DNA from: Macrostomum lignano
Taxonomy: Eukaryota
Direction of reading: 5' to 3'
Length of the DNA: 64,000 nucleotides
Assembly: GCA_002269645.1 (NCBI GenBank)
Contig: NIVC01000015.1
Coordinates: forward strand, 1 to 64,000
Shown: positions 12,901 to 24,741 of the stretch, in pieces
Position numbering within the stretch: position 1 is the first letter of the stretch
Layout of the letters: each line of letters begins with the position of its first letter
The notes under the pieces: model-generated
Databases searched by the model: none
What the model was told of the DNA's origin: nothing
The model's input: only the letters and a program-made list of their open reading frames with translations
Made by a program: the position numbers and the translations under genes

Positions 12901-15900
12901 GGCTGTGTGGGTTATTCTTTGTGTGTTGTTCTTTGTGGGTTGGGCTGTGTGGGTTGGTCTGTGTGGGTTTGGCTGTGTGGGTTATTCTTTGTGGGTTTGG
13001 CTGTGTGGGTTATTCTTTGTGGGTTGGTCTGTGTGGGTCATTCTTTGTGGGTTTGGCTGTGTGGGTTTGGCTGTGTGGGTTGGTCTGTGTGGGTTTGGCT
13101 GTGTGGGTTATTCTTTGTGGGTTGGGCTGTGTGGGTTGGTCTGTGTGGGTTTGGCTGTGTGGGTTATTCTTTGTGGGTTTGGCTGTGTGGGTTATTCTTT
13201 GCGGGTTTGGCTGTGTGGGTTTGGCTGTGTGGGTTGGTCTGTGTGGGTTTGGCTGTGTGGGTTATTCTTTGCGGGTTTGGCTGTGTGGGTTTGGCTGTGT
13301 GGGTTGGTCTGTGTGGGTTTGGCTGTTTGGGTTTTTCTTTGTGGGTTTGGCTGTGTGGGTTATTCTTTGCGGGTTTGGCTGTGTGGGTTTGGCTGTGTGG
13401 GTTGTTCCTTGTGGGTTTGGCTGTTTGGATTGGGCTGTGTGGGCTGGTCTTTGTTTGTTTGGCTGTGTGGGTTGTTTTTCGTGGGTTGGGCTGTGTGTAT
13501 TGTTCTTCGTGGATTGGGCTGCGTGGGCTGGGCTGTGTGGGTTGTTCTTTGTGGGCTGGGCTGTGTTAACCGCTCTTTGTAACACTGTGAGCTGTAACTT
13601 CTTCGAACTCCCGGGCAGTTAATCAGTGATCATCAATCCTGGCTCAATCTTTGCAGAAACCATTTAAACTGCAGACCAATGAGCTCAATCTCTAAGACAG
13701 CAGATTTGCTGGGTAGAAAGAGATTAGCGACCAGTCGCGCAGACTGACCCCAGAGCTTTGCAAAATTTATTCTTCAATTACTGGAATTCTGCCGCTCCTC
13801 AACCGAAGCAACGGGAGGGCTGGGGTCTGGCCAGATAAGTCAACACTCTGCGCTGGAATGCAGATCCTTGAGGCCGGCTTCAGAGCTTTGTCTAGAGGGA
13901 GGGGCAGTCTGGGCTGAGGGGATTAAGGACACGACTGTTGGTTTTGGGAGTCTCACAACCGGCAGCTGCTTTGGTGAGAGGGAGAGAGAGCTGAAATAAG
14001 AAATTGTGGACAATGCAGATTTAAGATTGACTGCGAGAGAAATATATTAGAGAATGCAAATGGAGAGGGAGGCAGAGAGAAAGTGAGCGTGAGAGAAGGG
14101 GAGAGAGAGGGAGAAATGGAGATTGGGGGAGAAAGGGAGAGGGAGAAGGAAATAAGGAGAGAGGGGAGAGAGAGAAAGGGGAGAGAGAGAGGGGAGAGAG
14201 AGAAAGGGGAGAGAGAGAGGGGAGAGAGAGAAAGGGGAGAGAGAGAGGGGGAGAGGGAGAAAGGGGAGAGGGAGAGAGAGGGAGAGGGGAGAGAGAGAGA
14301 GAGAGGGGAGAGAGAGAGAGGGGAGAGAGAGGGGAGGGGAGAGGGAGAGAGAGAGTAGAGAGGGGGGAGAGGGGAGAGAGAAGGAGGAGAGGGGAGAGAG
14401 AGGGGGAGGGGAGAGAGAGGGGGGAGAGGGGAGAGAGAGGGGGAGAGGGGAGAGAGAGAGGGAGGGGAGAGAGGGGGAGAGGGAGAGAGAGGGGGGAGAG
14501 GGGAGAGAGAGAGAGGGAGGGGAGAGAGGGGGAGAGGAGAGGAGAGAGGGGGGAGAGGGGAGAGAGAAGGAGGAGAGGGAGAGAGAGGGGGAGGGGAGAG
14601 AGGGGGGGAGAGGAGAGGAGAGAGGGGGAGAGGGGAGAGAGAAGGAGGAGAGGGGAGAGAGAGGGGGAGGGGAGAGAGGGGGGAGAGGAGAGGAGAGAGG
14701 GGGAGAGGGGAGAGAGAGAGGGAGAGAGAGAGGGGAGAGAGAGGGGGGAGAGAGAGAGAGAGAGAGGTAGGGGAGAGAGGGGGAGAGGGGATAGAGAGGG
14801 GTGGGGAGAGAGAGGGGGAGAGGGGAGAGAGAGGGGGTAGAGGGGAGAGAGAGAGAGGGAGGGGAGAGAGGGGGAAAGGGGAGAGAGAGGGAGAGAGCTA
14901 ACAAAGAAAAGAGGGCACAGCAGAAAGCGGGCAATTTAGTAAACCGATGCCTCTCAAGGGGCTGAAGGCTGGGGGCAGAATTAATCTCAGAGCTGGGCCA
15001 GAGTAATTAAAAACACGAGAAGTCCAAGCCAATTGGGACCCCGCGGCCACAGTATCCAGACTCAACTTCAAAGCTCTCCATCCACCGCCAGCCAGTCATC
15101 TTGAGCAGCAGCTCGTGACGGGCTTGAGTCTTTTTTCGCATATTTTTCTGAGAATTCGATGTGCACCGCTCAGCCCCAATAATTATCAGTATTCTGTTTT
15201 ATATTCTGCCGGATTAATTACCTTACCTTCTCTTTAATCTCTAGGAAAATTTCCTTTTCGATAATTTCTGATAAATATTGATAGTATCTCCTAAAGGTTT
15301 TCTACATGAAAGTCAATATGAAACTTGTTATTGCAGAGACTGTTTTCCATTTTGGAAGTAACGTAGCCAACCATATTTTCACTTTGATAAACTTATATCC
15401 AAGGTAGATTCGAATATCACTCTCAGGTAGATTCGAATATCACTCTCAGGTAGATTCGAATATCACTCTCAGGTAGATTCGAATTTCACTCTCAGGTAGA
15501 TTCAAACATCACTCTCAGGTAGATTCGAATGTCAATCTCAGGTAGATTCAAACATCACTCTCAGGTAGATTCGAATATCACTGTCAGGTAGATTCGAATA
15601 TCACTCTCAGGTAGATTCGAATGTCAATCTCAGGTAGATTCGAATATCACTCTCAGGTAGATTCAAACATCACTCTCAGGTAGATTCGAATGTCAATCTC
15701 AGGTAGATTCGAATATCACTCTCAGGTAGATTCGAACATCACTCTCAGGTAGATTCGAACATCACTCTTAGCTAGATTCGAATGTCAATCTCAGGTAGAT
15801 TCGAATATCACTCTCAGGTAGATTCGAACATCACTCTCAGGTAGATTCGAACATCACTCTTAGCTAGATTCGAATATCACTCTCAGGTAGATTCGAATAT

Positions 15901-16439
15901 CACTCTCAGGTAGATACGAATATCACTCTCAGATAGATTCGAATATCATTCTCAGGTAGATTCGAATATCATTCTCAGGTAGATTCGAATATCACTCTCA
16001 GGTAGACTTAAGAAAGCTCTCGTTTCCCTACACAGGTGGCCAAGATGATCGTGGTGGTCGCCTGTCTCTACCTGGTGTCCTGGGTGCCCTGGTACTCGGT
16101 GAACCTGACCGGCCTATTCTACACCGACTTATTCAACGAGAACTTCACCTTTCTGATGGCCCTGCTGCACCTGGTTGGTTTCGTGAATTCCACAGCCAAC
16201 CCCATCGTGTACTACTTCATGTCGCAGCGGTTCGCGAGTGCTACCACCGGCTGCTGGCCAGCCTCTGCTGCGGCCGCTGGGACCCGACCGCGGCCGCCGC
16301 GCCGGCCGCCTCGCTGGCTACTGGCAACGGCGGAGCTCGAATCACCGGGACGACGCCCGGTCGCGTCGAGTCAGTTGCTATGCGACCGTTGCTAAGCAAA
16401 TCCTCTCGGCCGATTGTTGCCACGCAGAGCTGCGTGTGA
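9909..16439 (+). CDS. Rhodopsin-class GPCR, neuropeptide-receptor-like; exons 9909-10288, 12034-12415, 16036-16439 (ends at 16395 if the sequence is read literally)
   Basis: Motifs: GNLLVI, MRTVTNCYILNLAITDLL, ER|F-LAIVHPLRS across a phase-2 intron (CG|GT 10289; CAG 12033), RK|VAKM across a phase-0 intron (AAG|GT 12416; CAG 16035), SWVPWY and NSTANPIVY. The ligand class cannot be assigned. Confidence 0.9.
10318..11982. repeat. 27-bp minisatellite (AGACAGACACCTAATTAGGCATCACTG), about 60 copies, GPCR intron 1
   Basis: Read directly; most units contain the palindrome CCTAATTAGG. Confidence 0.97.
12416..13565. repeat. GT-rich 14-15-bp mixed-unit minisatellite (TTTGGCTGTGTGGGT / TATTCTTTGTGGGT) starting at the intron 2 donor
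   Basis: Read directly; explains the Cys/Gly/Val/Trp ORFs. Confidence 0.95.
14060..14900. repeat. GA-rich polypurine low-complexity tract
   Basis: Read directly. Confidence 0.95.
15402..16005. repeat. 23-bp minisatellite (TCTCAGGTAGATTCGAATATCAC), about 26 copies, ending about 30 nt before the exon 3 acceptor
   Basis: Read directly. Confidence 0.96.
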
Positions 16440-16914
16440 GAGGCAATGAAAATAAACAGGTTTTAATTGTGGCAGCTGACACCAATGTGAACTTCTTCGG
16501 TGGTGTAACTGCTATAAATAAATACAATGGATTGCTAATCTATCCAATATCGTTATAAATGAATAGAAATGGATTGCTAGTCTAGTCTAAATGAATAAAA
16601 ACATCAGTTCTACATCGAGAATGATGATTTCTTCATGCTTAACTTAATAGCCCTTTCCATCAATGTATTATGCAATGCTTATTAAACATTTCCCGAACGT
16701 TGAACCTCTTATTTAAGTTTTCGTGCGCATTCCCTGCCCGTCAGTTTAAAACAAATGCTTAAATCTGTTAAAGTTAAACAAATAAATTGTTTAGAATGAG
16801 AAACTGCATCTGAACTTTAGTTGTGATCATTTATGAATGAATGACCAGCTTTATAGATCGCATCAACGCGGTGTCTTTCATAAAGATAATTATGTTTGCA
16901 TGTAGCTCTTCGCA

Positions 16915-17765
16915 TTCTCATGTAGCTCCCTACAACCCTACAACCCTACAATCTCAGGTAGCTCCCTACAGCCCTACAACCCTACAATCTCAGGTAGCTC
17001 CCTACAGCCCTACAACCCTACAATCTCAGGTAGCTCCCTATAGCCCTACAACCCTACAATCTCAGGTAGCTCCCTACAACCCTACAACCCTACAATCTCA
17101 GGTAGCTCCCTACAACCCTACAACCCTACAATCTCAGGTAGCTCCCTACAACCCTACAACCCTACTATCTCAGGTAGCTCCCTACAACCCTACAACCCTA
17201 CAATCTCAGGTAGCTCCCTACAACCCTACAATCTCAGGTAGCTCCCTACAACCCTACAACCTTACAATCTCAGGTAGCTCCCTACAACCCTACAATCTCA
17301 GGTAGCTCCCTACAACCCTACAACCTTACAATCTCAGGTAGCTCCCTACAACCCTACAATCTCAGGTAGCTCCCTACAACCCTACAACCTTACAATCTCA
17401 GGTAGCTCCCTACAACCCTACAACCCTACAATCTCAGGTAGCTCCCTACAACCCTACAATCTCAGATAGCTCCCTACAACCCTACAACCCTACAATCTCA
17501 GGTAGCTCCCTACAACCCTACAACCCTACAATCTCAGGTAGCTCCCTACAACCCTACAATCTCAGGTAGCTCCCTACAACCCTACAACCCTACAATCTCA
17601 GATAGCTTCCTACAACCCTACAACCCTACAATCTCAGGTAGCTCCCTACAACCCTACAATCTCAGGTAGCTCCCTACAACCCTACAATCTCAGGTAGCTC
17701 CCTACAACCCTACAACCCTACAATCTCAGGTAGCTCCCTACAACCCTACAACCCTACAACCTCAA
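16915..17765. repeat. 27/36-bp minisatellite (CAATCTCAGGTAGCTCCCTACAACCCTA[CAACCCTA])
   Basis: Read directly; explains the SQVAPYNPTTLQ ORF. Confidence 0.95.
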
Positions 17766-18371
17766 TAACCCAACGTGCTCAAGCAGTTGCTGTCAGATTC
17801 CCATAGGACTCCGCGCAAACTACAGTCTGCAGACAAATTCTGCTAACCACAGACTCAGTGCAGCCTCCCTCCGCCTCAGCCCCATCTATCTCAGCTGCCA
17901 CCGACCCCATCCTCTATCCAGTCGATAATTCAGTTTTGCCTGCCTGACTGCCCGGAGAATAAATGAGGTCTGCTGGGCGGCAGCTGAAGAGGGCGTGATG
18001 AAGGGCCCATAGCCTAAAATCAGCAGATTCTCTCCCTCATCCTGTCTCACTATTCTCTCCTTTGCTTTAACCCTTGATTTTCACGTGTTTCGCTGCACGC
18101 CTATCAGCTTAGCCAAGGATGTCAATCCCTGTCCTGCTAGGTAAATTGGACCCGACATTGCCGCACCTGTCGTGGGCCTAACTAACCTGCTCAGAATGAA
18201 TCTTATTGAATTAAAGCCAGGCATTCGTCATCCATAGATCTTAATTTAATTATGCGGAGAGATCACGGCCGCGACTTTCTTTTTTGAGATCATTGCAGGC
18301 CACCTAGGACCCCGAAATTTACATGTAAAACTTGTTCAGTTCAAGCCAACCTCCTACAACCAATAATGCAC

Positions 18372-19135
18372 ATGTAGAATGTACAGTGTGAGCCGAACCC
18401 CTTCGCCCAAGTGTACATACAGAATGTACAGTGTGAGCCGATCCCCTTCCCCCGAGTGTACATACAGAATGTACAGTGTGAACCGATCACCTTCCCCCGA
18501 GTGTACATACATAATTTACAGTGTGAGCCGAACCCCTTCCCCCAAGTGTACATACAGAATGTACAGTGTGAGCCGAACCCCTTCCCCCAAGTGTATATGT
18601 ACATACAGAATGTACAGTGTGAGCCGAACCCCTTCCCCCAAGTGTATATGTACATACAGAATGTACAGTGTGAGCCGAACCCCTTCCCCAAGTGTATATG
18701 TACATACAGAATGTACAGTGTGAGCCGAACCCCTTCCCCAAGTGTATATGTACATACAGAATGTACAGTGTGAGCCGAACCCATTCCCCAAGTGTATATG
18801 TACATACACAATGTACAGTGTGAGCCGAACCCCTTCCCCCAAGTGTATATGTACATACAGAATGTACAGTGTGAGCCGAACCCCTTCCCCAAGTGTATAT
18901 GTACATACAGAATGTACAGTGTGAGCCGAACCCATTCCCCAAGTGTATATGTACATACAGAATGTACAGTGTGAGCCGAACCCCTTCCCCAAGTGTATAT
19001 GTACATACAGAATGTACAGTGTGAGCCGAACCCCTTCCCCAAGTGTATATGTACATACAGAATGTACAGTGTGAGCCGAACCCCTTCCCCCAAATGTATA
19101 TGTACATACAGAATGTACAGCACAAGGCAACCCCC
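18372..19135. repeat. 44-51-bp minisatellite (TACATACAGAATGTACAGTGTGAGCCGAACCCCTTCCCCAAGTGTATATG)
   Basis: Read directly. Confidence 0.95.
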
Positions 19136-19506
19136 TTCCTTTTTCAGTTGCACATGTGCATAATACCACAACCCTAAAAGTACAGTGTTAGGGAAGTCAA
19201 AACTAATCTTCATTGTGTGGAAAGTTGAAAGCCTGAGCCTTCACGGCATCATTTATGCAGCGAACAATGCAGAGAGTAAAAAAGCGAATGCTACACTGCG
19301 TAGTCTGACAGAGTGAAAAGCGGTGAAATTTAAACGCATTGCAAACTATGAAAGAATGTTGAACTAGCAATTTCGTGGTGCCCAGAGTGCCGAGATCCAG
19401 GCACTGCACTGACTGGCTGACAAACTGATATAATGCATCTTCAGGCATGGTGGCCAGGGCGCTGAGAGGATGTCGAGCGGTTTGTGAAGCAGCGCGCATA
19501 ATGTAC

Positions 19507-20990
19507 GAGCTCTAGCATGAGCTGATGAGCACTAGCATGAGCTGATGAGCTCTAGCATGAGCTGATGAGCACTAGCATGAGCTGATGAGCTCTAGCATGA
19601 GCTGATGAGCACTAGCATGAGCTGATGAGCACTAGCATGAGCTGATGAGCACTAGCATGAGCTGATGAGCACTAGCATGAGCTGATGAGCACTAGCATGA
19701 GCTGATGAGCACTAGCATGAGCTGATGAGAACTAGCATGAGCTGATGAGCTCTAGCATGAGCTGATGAGCACTAGCATGAGCTGATGAGCACTAGCATGA
19801 GCTGATGAGCACTAGCATGAGCTGATAAGAACTAGCATGAGCTGATGAGCACTAGCATGAGCTGATGAGCACTAGCATGAGCTGATGAGCACTAGCATGA
19901 GCTGATGAGCACTAGCATGAGCTGATGAGCACTAGCATGAGCTGATGAGCACTAGCATGAGCTGATGAGCTCTAGCATGAGCTGATGAGCACTAGCATGA
20001 GCTGATGAGCTCTAGCATGAGCTGATGAGCACTAGCATGAGCTGATGAGCACTAGCATGAGCTGATGAGCACTAGCATGAGCTGATGAGAACTAGCATGA
20101 GCTGATGAGCTCTAGCATGAGCTGATGAGCACTAGCATGAGCTGATGAGCACTAGCATGAGCTGATGAGCACTAGCATGAGCTGATAAGAACTAGCATGA
20201 GCTGATGAGCACTAGCATGAGCTGATGAGCACTAGCATGAGCTGATGAGCACTAGCATGAGCTGATGAGCACTAGCATGAGCTGATGAGCACTAGCATGA
20301 GCTGATGAGCACTAGCATGAGCTGATGAGCTCTAGCATGAGCTGATGAGCACTAGCATGAGCTGATGAGCTCTAGCATGAGCTGATGAGCACTAGCATGA
20401 GCTGATGAGCACTAGCATGAGCTGATGAGCACTAGCATGAGCTGATGAGCACTAGCATGAGCTGATGAGCACTAGCATGAGCTGATGAGCACTAGCATGA
20501 GCTGATGAGAACTAGCATGAGCTGATGAGCTCTAGCATGAGCTGATGAGCACTAGCATGAGCTGATGAGCACTAGCATGAGCTGATGAGCACTAGCATGA
20601 GCTGATAAGAACTAGCATGAGCTGATGAGCACTAGCATGAGCTGATGAGCACTAGCATGAGCTGATGAGCACTAGCATGAGCTGATGAGCACTAGCATGA
20701 GCTGATGAGCACTAGCATGAGCTGATGAGCACTAGCATGAGCTGATGAGCACTAGCATGAGCTGATGAGCACTAGCATGAGCTGATGAGAACTAGCATGA
20801 GCTGATGAGCTCTAGCATGAGCTGATGAGCACTAGCATGAGCTGATGAGCACTAGCATGAGCTGATGAGCACTAGCATGAGCTGATGAGCACTAGCATGA
20901 GCTGATGAGCACTAGCATGAGCTGATGAGCACTAGCATGAGCTGATGAGCACTAGCATGAGCTGATGAGCACTAGCATGAGCTGATGAGC
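19507..20990. repeat. 20-bp minisatellite (ACTAGCATGAGCTGATGAGC), about 74 copies, with higher-order periodicity
   Basis: Read directly; variant units recur at 360 and 420 bp spacing. Confidence 0.98.
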
Positions 20991-21356
20991 AGACAAAGTC
21001 GCACTGTCTGTAGTGTAGCACAGTGATATTAATTGATATCGCTAACTTTCTGTGTAAAAGTCTTTTGAAGAGCCGCTAGTCCAAATTCTAGTTCAAGTAG
21101 TCCTTGATTCAGTCCAACACATGCTTCTCCGACTGTCGGCAAAACATTGCCGATTTTCCTCACTAGCAGGTATCGCAGATGTCCATTGCAGTTTTAGAGG
21201 AATATCAAGTACACCTGGGGGGGAAGTGAACATCCTGATGCTGGACCAAGGGTAACAGCTCTGCATCAGTTGCTGTCGCACCTCTGTCGGACTGAAGAGC
21301 CAAATTATGTGCGCCAGGTCAGACGCAAACAGGAACTGACATAATGGAGAAGTTTC

Positions 21357-21401
21357 GCCTCTCTCTCTCTCTCTCCCTCTCTCTCTCTCTCTCCCTCTCT
21401 C

Positions 21402-21437
<36 letters not shown>

Positions 21438-21460
21438 CCCCTCTCTCTCTCTCTCTCCAC
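21357..21460. repeat. (CT)n microsatellite
   Basis: Read directly. Confidence 0.95.
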
Positions 21461-21549
21461 CTCACCTGTACTTTTAAAAGTGCGAGCAGCTTTTGTGGCG
21501 GAAAATGATTGAATCGTCATTGCGGTGGGCCATAAGTAATACCTGTGCC

Positions 21550-22130
21550 AATACCCCAATGCCTCTCCCGATACCCCAATGCCTCTCCCGATACCCCAAT
21601 ACCTCTCCCGATACCCCAATACCTCTCCGGATACCCCAATACCTCTCCCGATACCCCAATACCTCTCCCGATACCCCAATACCTCTCCCGATACCCCAAT
21701 ACCTCTCCCGATACCCCAATACCTCTCCCGATACCCCAATACCTCTCCCGATACCCCAATACCTCTCCCGATACCCCAATACCTCTCCCGATACCCCAAT
21801 ACCTCTCCCGATACTCCAATACCTCTCCCGATACCCCAATACCTCTCCCGATACCCCAATACCTCTCCCGATACCCCAATACCTCTCCCGATACCCCAAT
21901 ACCTCTCCCGATACCCCAATACCTCTCCCGATACTCCAATACCTCTCCCGATACCCCAATACCTCTCCCGATACCCCAATACCTCTCCCGATACCCCAAT
22001 ACCTCTCCCGATACCCCAATATCTCTCCCGATACCCCAATATCTCTCCCGATACCCCAATACCTCTCCCGATACCCCAATACCTCTCCCGATACCCCAAT
22101 ACCTCTCCCGATACCCCAATACCTCTCCCG
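21550..22130. repeat. 20-bp minisatellite (ATACCCCAATACCTCTCCCG)
   Basis: Read directly. Confidence 0.97.
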
Positions 22131-23060
22131 ATTAACTGATACTCCGATTTTATATGAAAATAAACCAACTACCCGTCCAAATTAAAATGTTTACAGATCC
22201 CATGCATGAATTGGAATCCCACACAGCTATTCAATCCAAGCAATAAAAGCGTCGGATTCCATAATGCCCAGATCAGTTACCAATTTTCCGATCTAAATTA
22301 ATCAGCCCCAACAGCCACAGACAATTTTAAAAGCGGCAAAAACTTCACAGAGAAAATTTCCCATGCAGAGCTGTGAAAAAACCATAATCAAAAGAGCCTT
22401 AGAAATGCCTCTCACACAGGTTTTTAGTAAAAGAGGAAAGAGCTCTTTGATGCACGATTTTGTTTAGCAGTCTCGAAAAAATCAGGACTCTGGAAACTTC
22501 CTGGCGACAGTACAGAAATTCACTTCCGCTTGGCTTGCTTCACCAGAAGAAAGGGGAGTGCTTATGGTTTCCATTGAAGTTTAAAAACTAATCCTAGAGA
22601 TTATATTTGTACGAGCCCATAATTACTTGATTTTGCATTAAAAAAAGACTATAAATTCCTCTGCACTACTACTTGAAGTAGGCGAGTTCAGACCTGCGAG
22701 AGATCGTTATTTCCTGCTTGATCGTTTTTCGTTGTCCCCAGCTTGAAAACAGCACTACAAGCATCGTTATCGTCATAGCTTCTAATATTTGTTAAAGTAA
22801 ACAATCATGAAAATGGACAGATATTTTGTCCGATTTAAATTTAACAGGCACCACACCACAGGCTTGGCTAAGCACGAATTAAAACAAAGTCCAACTAATC
22901 CAGACATAATGCAGCTAACCAACAGATACTAACGTATTTGAAAGTCGGCAGTCGAGTGCTGTATGGCCAGAGAAAAACGAACCAATTTGACCTGACTGGC
23001 ACACGTTAAGAAACTAAGATCCAGCTTACATCCAAATCAAGAAAACCGAAAACCCACACA

Positions 23061-24666
23061 ATGACTCGCTTTGACGACATCCTACCCGAGATCGGGGACC
23101 GCGGTCCCTACCAGGTCCTGCTCCTCATCCTCCTGTCCTTCGTCAAGTTCTTCCCCGCGTTCCAAACGGTCGCCGTCGTCTTCACGGCCGGCCGGATGGA
23201 CTTCCAGTGCCTCGAATCCGGCAACGAGTCGTCGAGCTCCTGGCAGCAGCAGGTGGCGTCGAACTGAACTGAACCGGCTGCCGATCGCTGCTACAGACTC
23301 AACGGAAGCGAGGCCTGCACCGCCTGGGTGTTCAACAGCACCAGCGGACCGTTCGAGTCCAGTTGGAGGTCGCAGTTCTCGCTAGTGTGCAGCAGAGAGA
23401 AGCTGGTGAACCTGTGCAGCACGCTGTACATGCTGGGCCTGCTGATCGGCAGCACGGCCTACGGAGCTCTGTCCGATCACTGGGGCCGCCTGAGAGCCGC
23501 CTGCGCCGCCACCATAAATGTGTGGATCGCTGGCATCGCGCTCGCTTTCAGCCCCTCCGTGGAGGTGTACGCCGCGTTGCGCCTCCTCTGCGGCCTCGGC
23601 TCCAGTGGAATCCTCAGCGTGTGCAACGCCATGGTAGCCGAGTCGGTCACGCAGCGCGACCGCTTGGCCGCCGTCCTCCTCGGAACCAACGGCTGGAACA
23701 TCGCGTTCTGCGTCTGCAGCATCATTGCCTTCAGCATCCGCAGCCACTGGAAGCTCGAGCTCACGCTTGCTGGCCCCGCCATCCTGTCCATACCGCTGCT
23801 CTTGCTGCTCGGAGAGTCGCCTCGCTGGCTGCTCGCCAAAAACCGACCTTACGACGCCAACCGTGCCTGTCAGCAAATCGCCCGAATCAACTGCCGTCGG
23901 CCTCCCGCCTGCTTTGATGAGGATGCAGCGAGTGTGCTGCACCCTCATTGACCAGCAGGGCAGCCACCCAAATGCTGGACTCATCGATCTGCTCCGCTCG
24001 CCTACCATGCGTCTGACGACTCTGCTTCTGTGGAACAATTTCCTCGCCTAATCCATGGTCTACCACGGCCTCATCCTGTCTACCGGCACCCTCTCCGGTA
24101 ACATCCACCTCACCTTCCTGCTCGGCAGCGCCGTCGGAGTTCCAGCATCCGCCTTCTCCATCATCACCGCTCACTTCATCGGTCGACCGCTGCTATTCAA
24201 TCTCGTGTACTTTCTGTCATCAGACTGCATGTTCGCCATCGCCTTTCTGTTTGGCAATCCGAAATTCGGTACTTTAATTGTTGCTTTAGCCATCACGGGC
24301 ACATTCTTTTCCACTTCATCGTTCGATACAAGCTGGGCCTACTCTGGAGAGCTGTTCCCCACCCTGTTGAGGAATGTCGGTATGGGCAGCTCCTCCACCG
24401 CTGCTCGAGTTGGCGGGATCCTCGCTCCACTTATCAACATCCTTGGCGAGGTCTGGAAGCCGTTGCCGTTTATCATCTTCGCCTCCGTCAGCCTCTTGAC
24501 GGCCTTCTTGGCGCTGCTCCTGCCCGAGACGAAGGGGGCTCACCTGCCCGAGTCGCTGAAGGACGCGGATAAAGAGTACATCAAGCCGAAGGTGCAACGC
24601 TTGTTTGAGAGCAACTGCGGTGGCTTGTCGGATGCCAGAGGCATGCAGTTGGAAGTAAAAATGTAA
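23061..24666 (+). pseudogene. Intronless SLC22/OCT-like organic cation transporter, about 535 codons; in-frame TGA 23265-23267, frameshift about 23920-23950, in-frame TAA 24049-24051
   Basis: Motifs: FDDILPEIGDRGPYQ, QFSLVC, GALSDHWGR, LGESPRWLLA, DLLRSP, MVYHGL, YSGELFPTLLRNVGMG, ARVGGILAP, LLPETKG. The family call is secure. Pseudogene versus sequence error is unresolved. Confidence 0.7.
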
Positions 24667-24741
24667 AAATATATCTGTTGAACTGGACTCCTCTCGATTT
24701 AAATTGAACTAATTTGATTAGCTAGGCTTTGTTTTAGGTTT

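Noticed and set aside
12435-13622. Long Cys/Gly/Val/Trp-rich ORFs resembling keratin-associated or metallothionein-like proteins
   Set aside because: All three frames are open because the GT-rich repeat lacks stops, and the region lies in the GPCR intron defined by canonical splice sites.
23265-23267. Selenocysteine or programmed readthrough at the SLC22 TGA
   Set aside because: The same gene also has a TAA and a frameshift, the context is not UGA-CUAG, and the position is a variable loop where Trp (NWT sequon) is the simpler ancestral residue.
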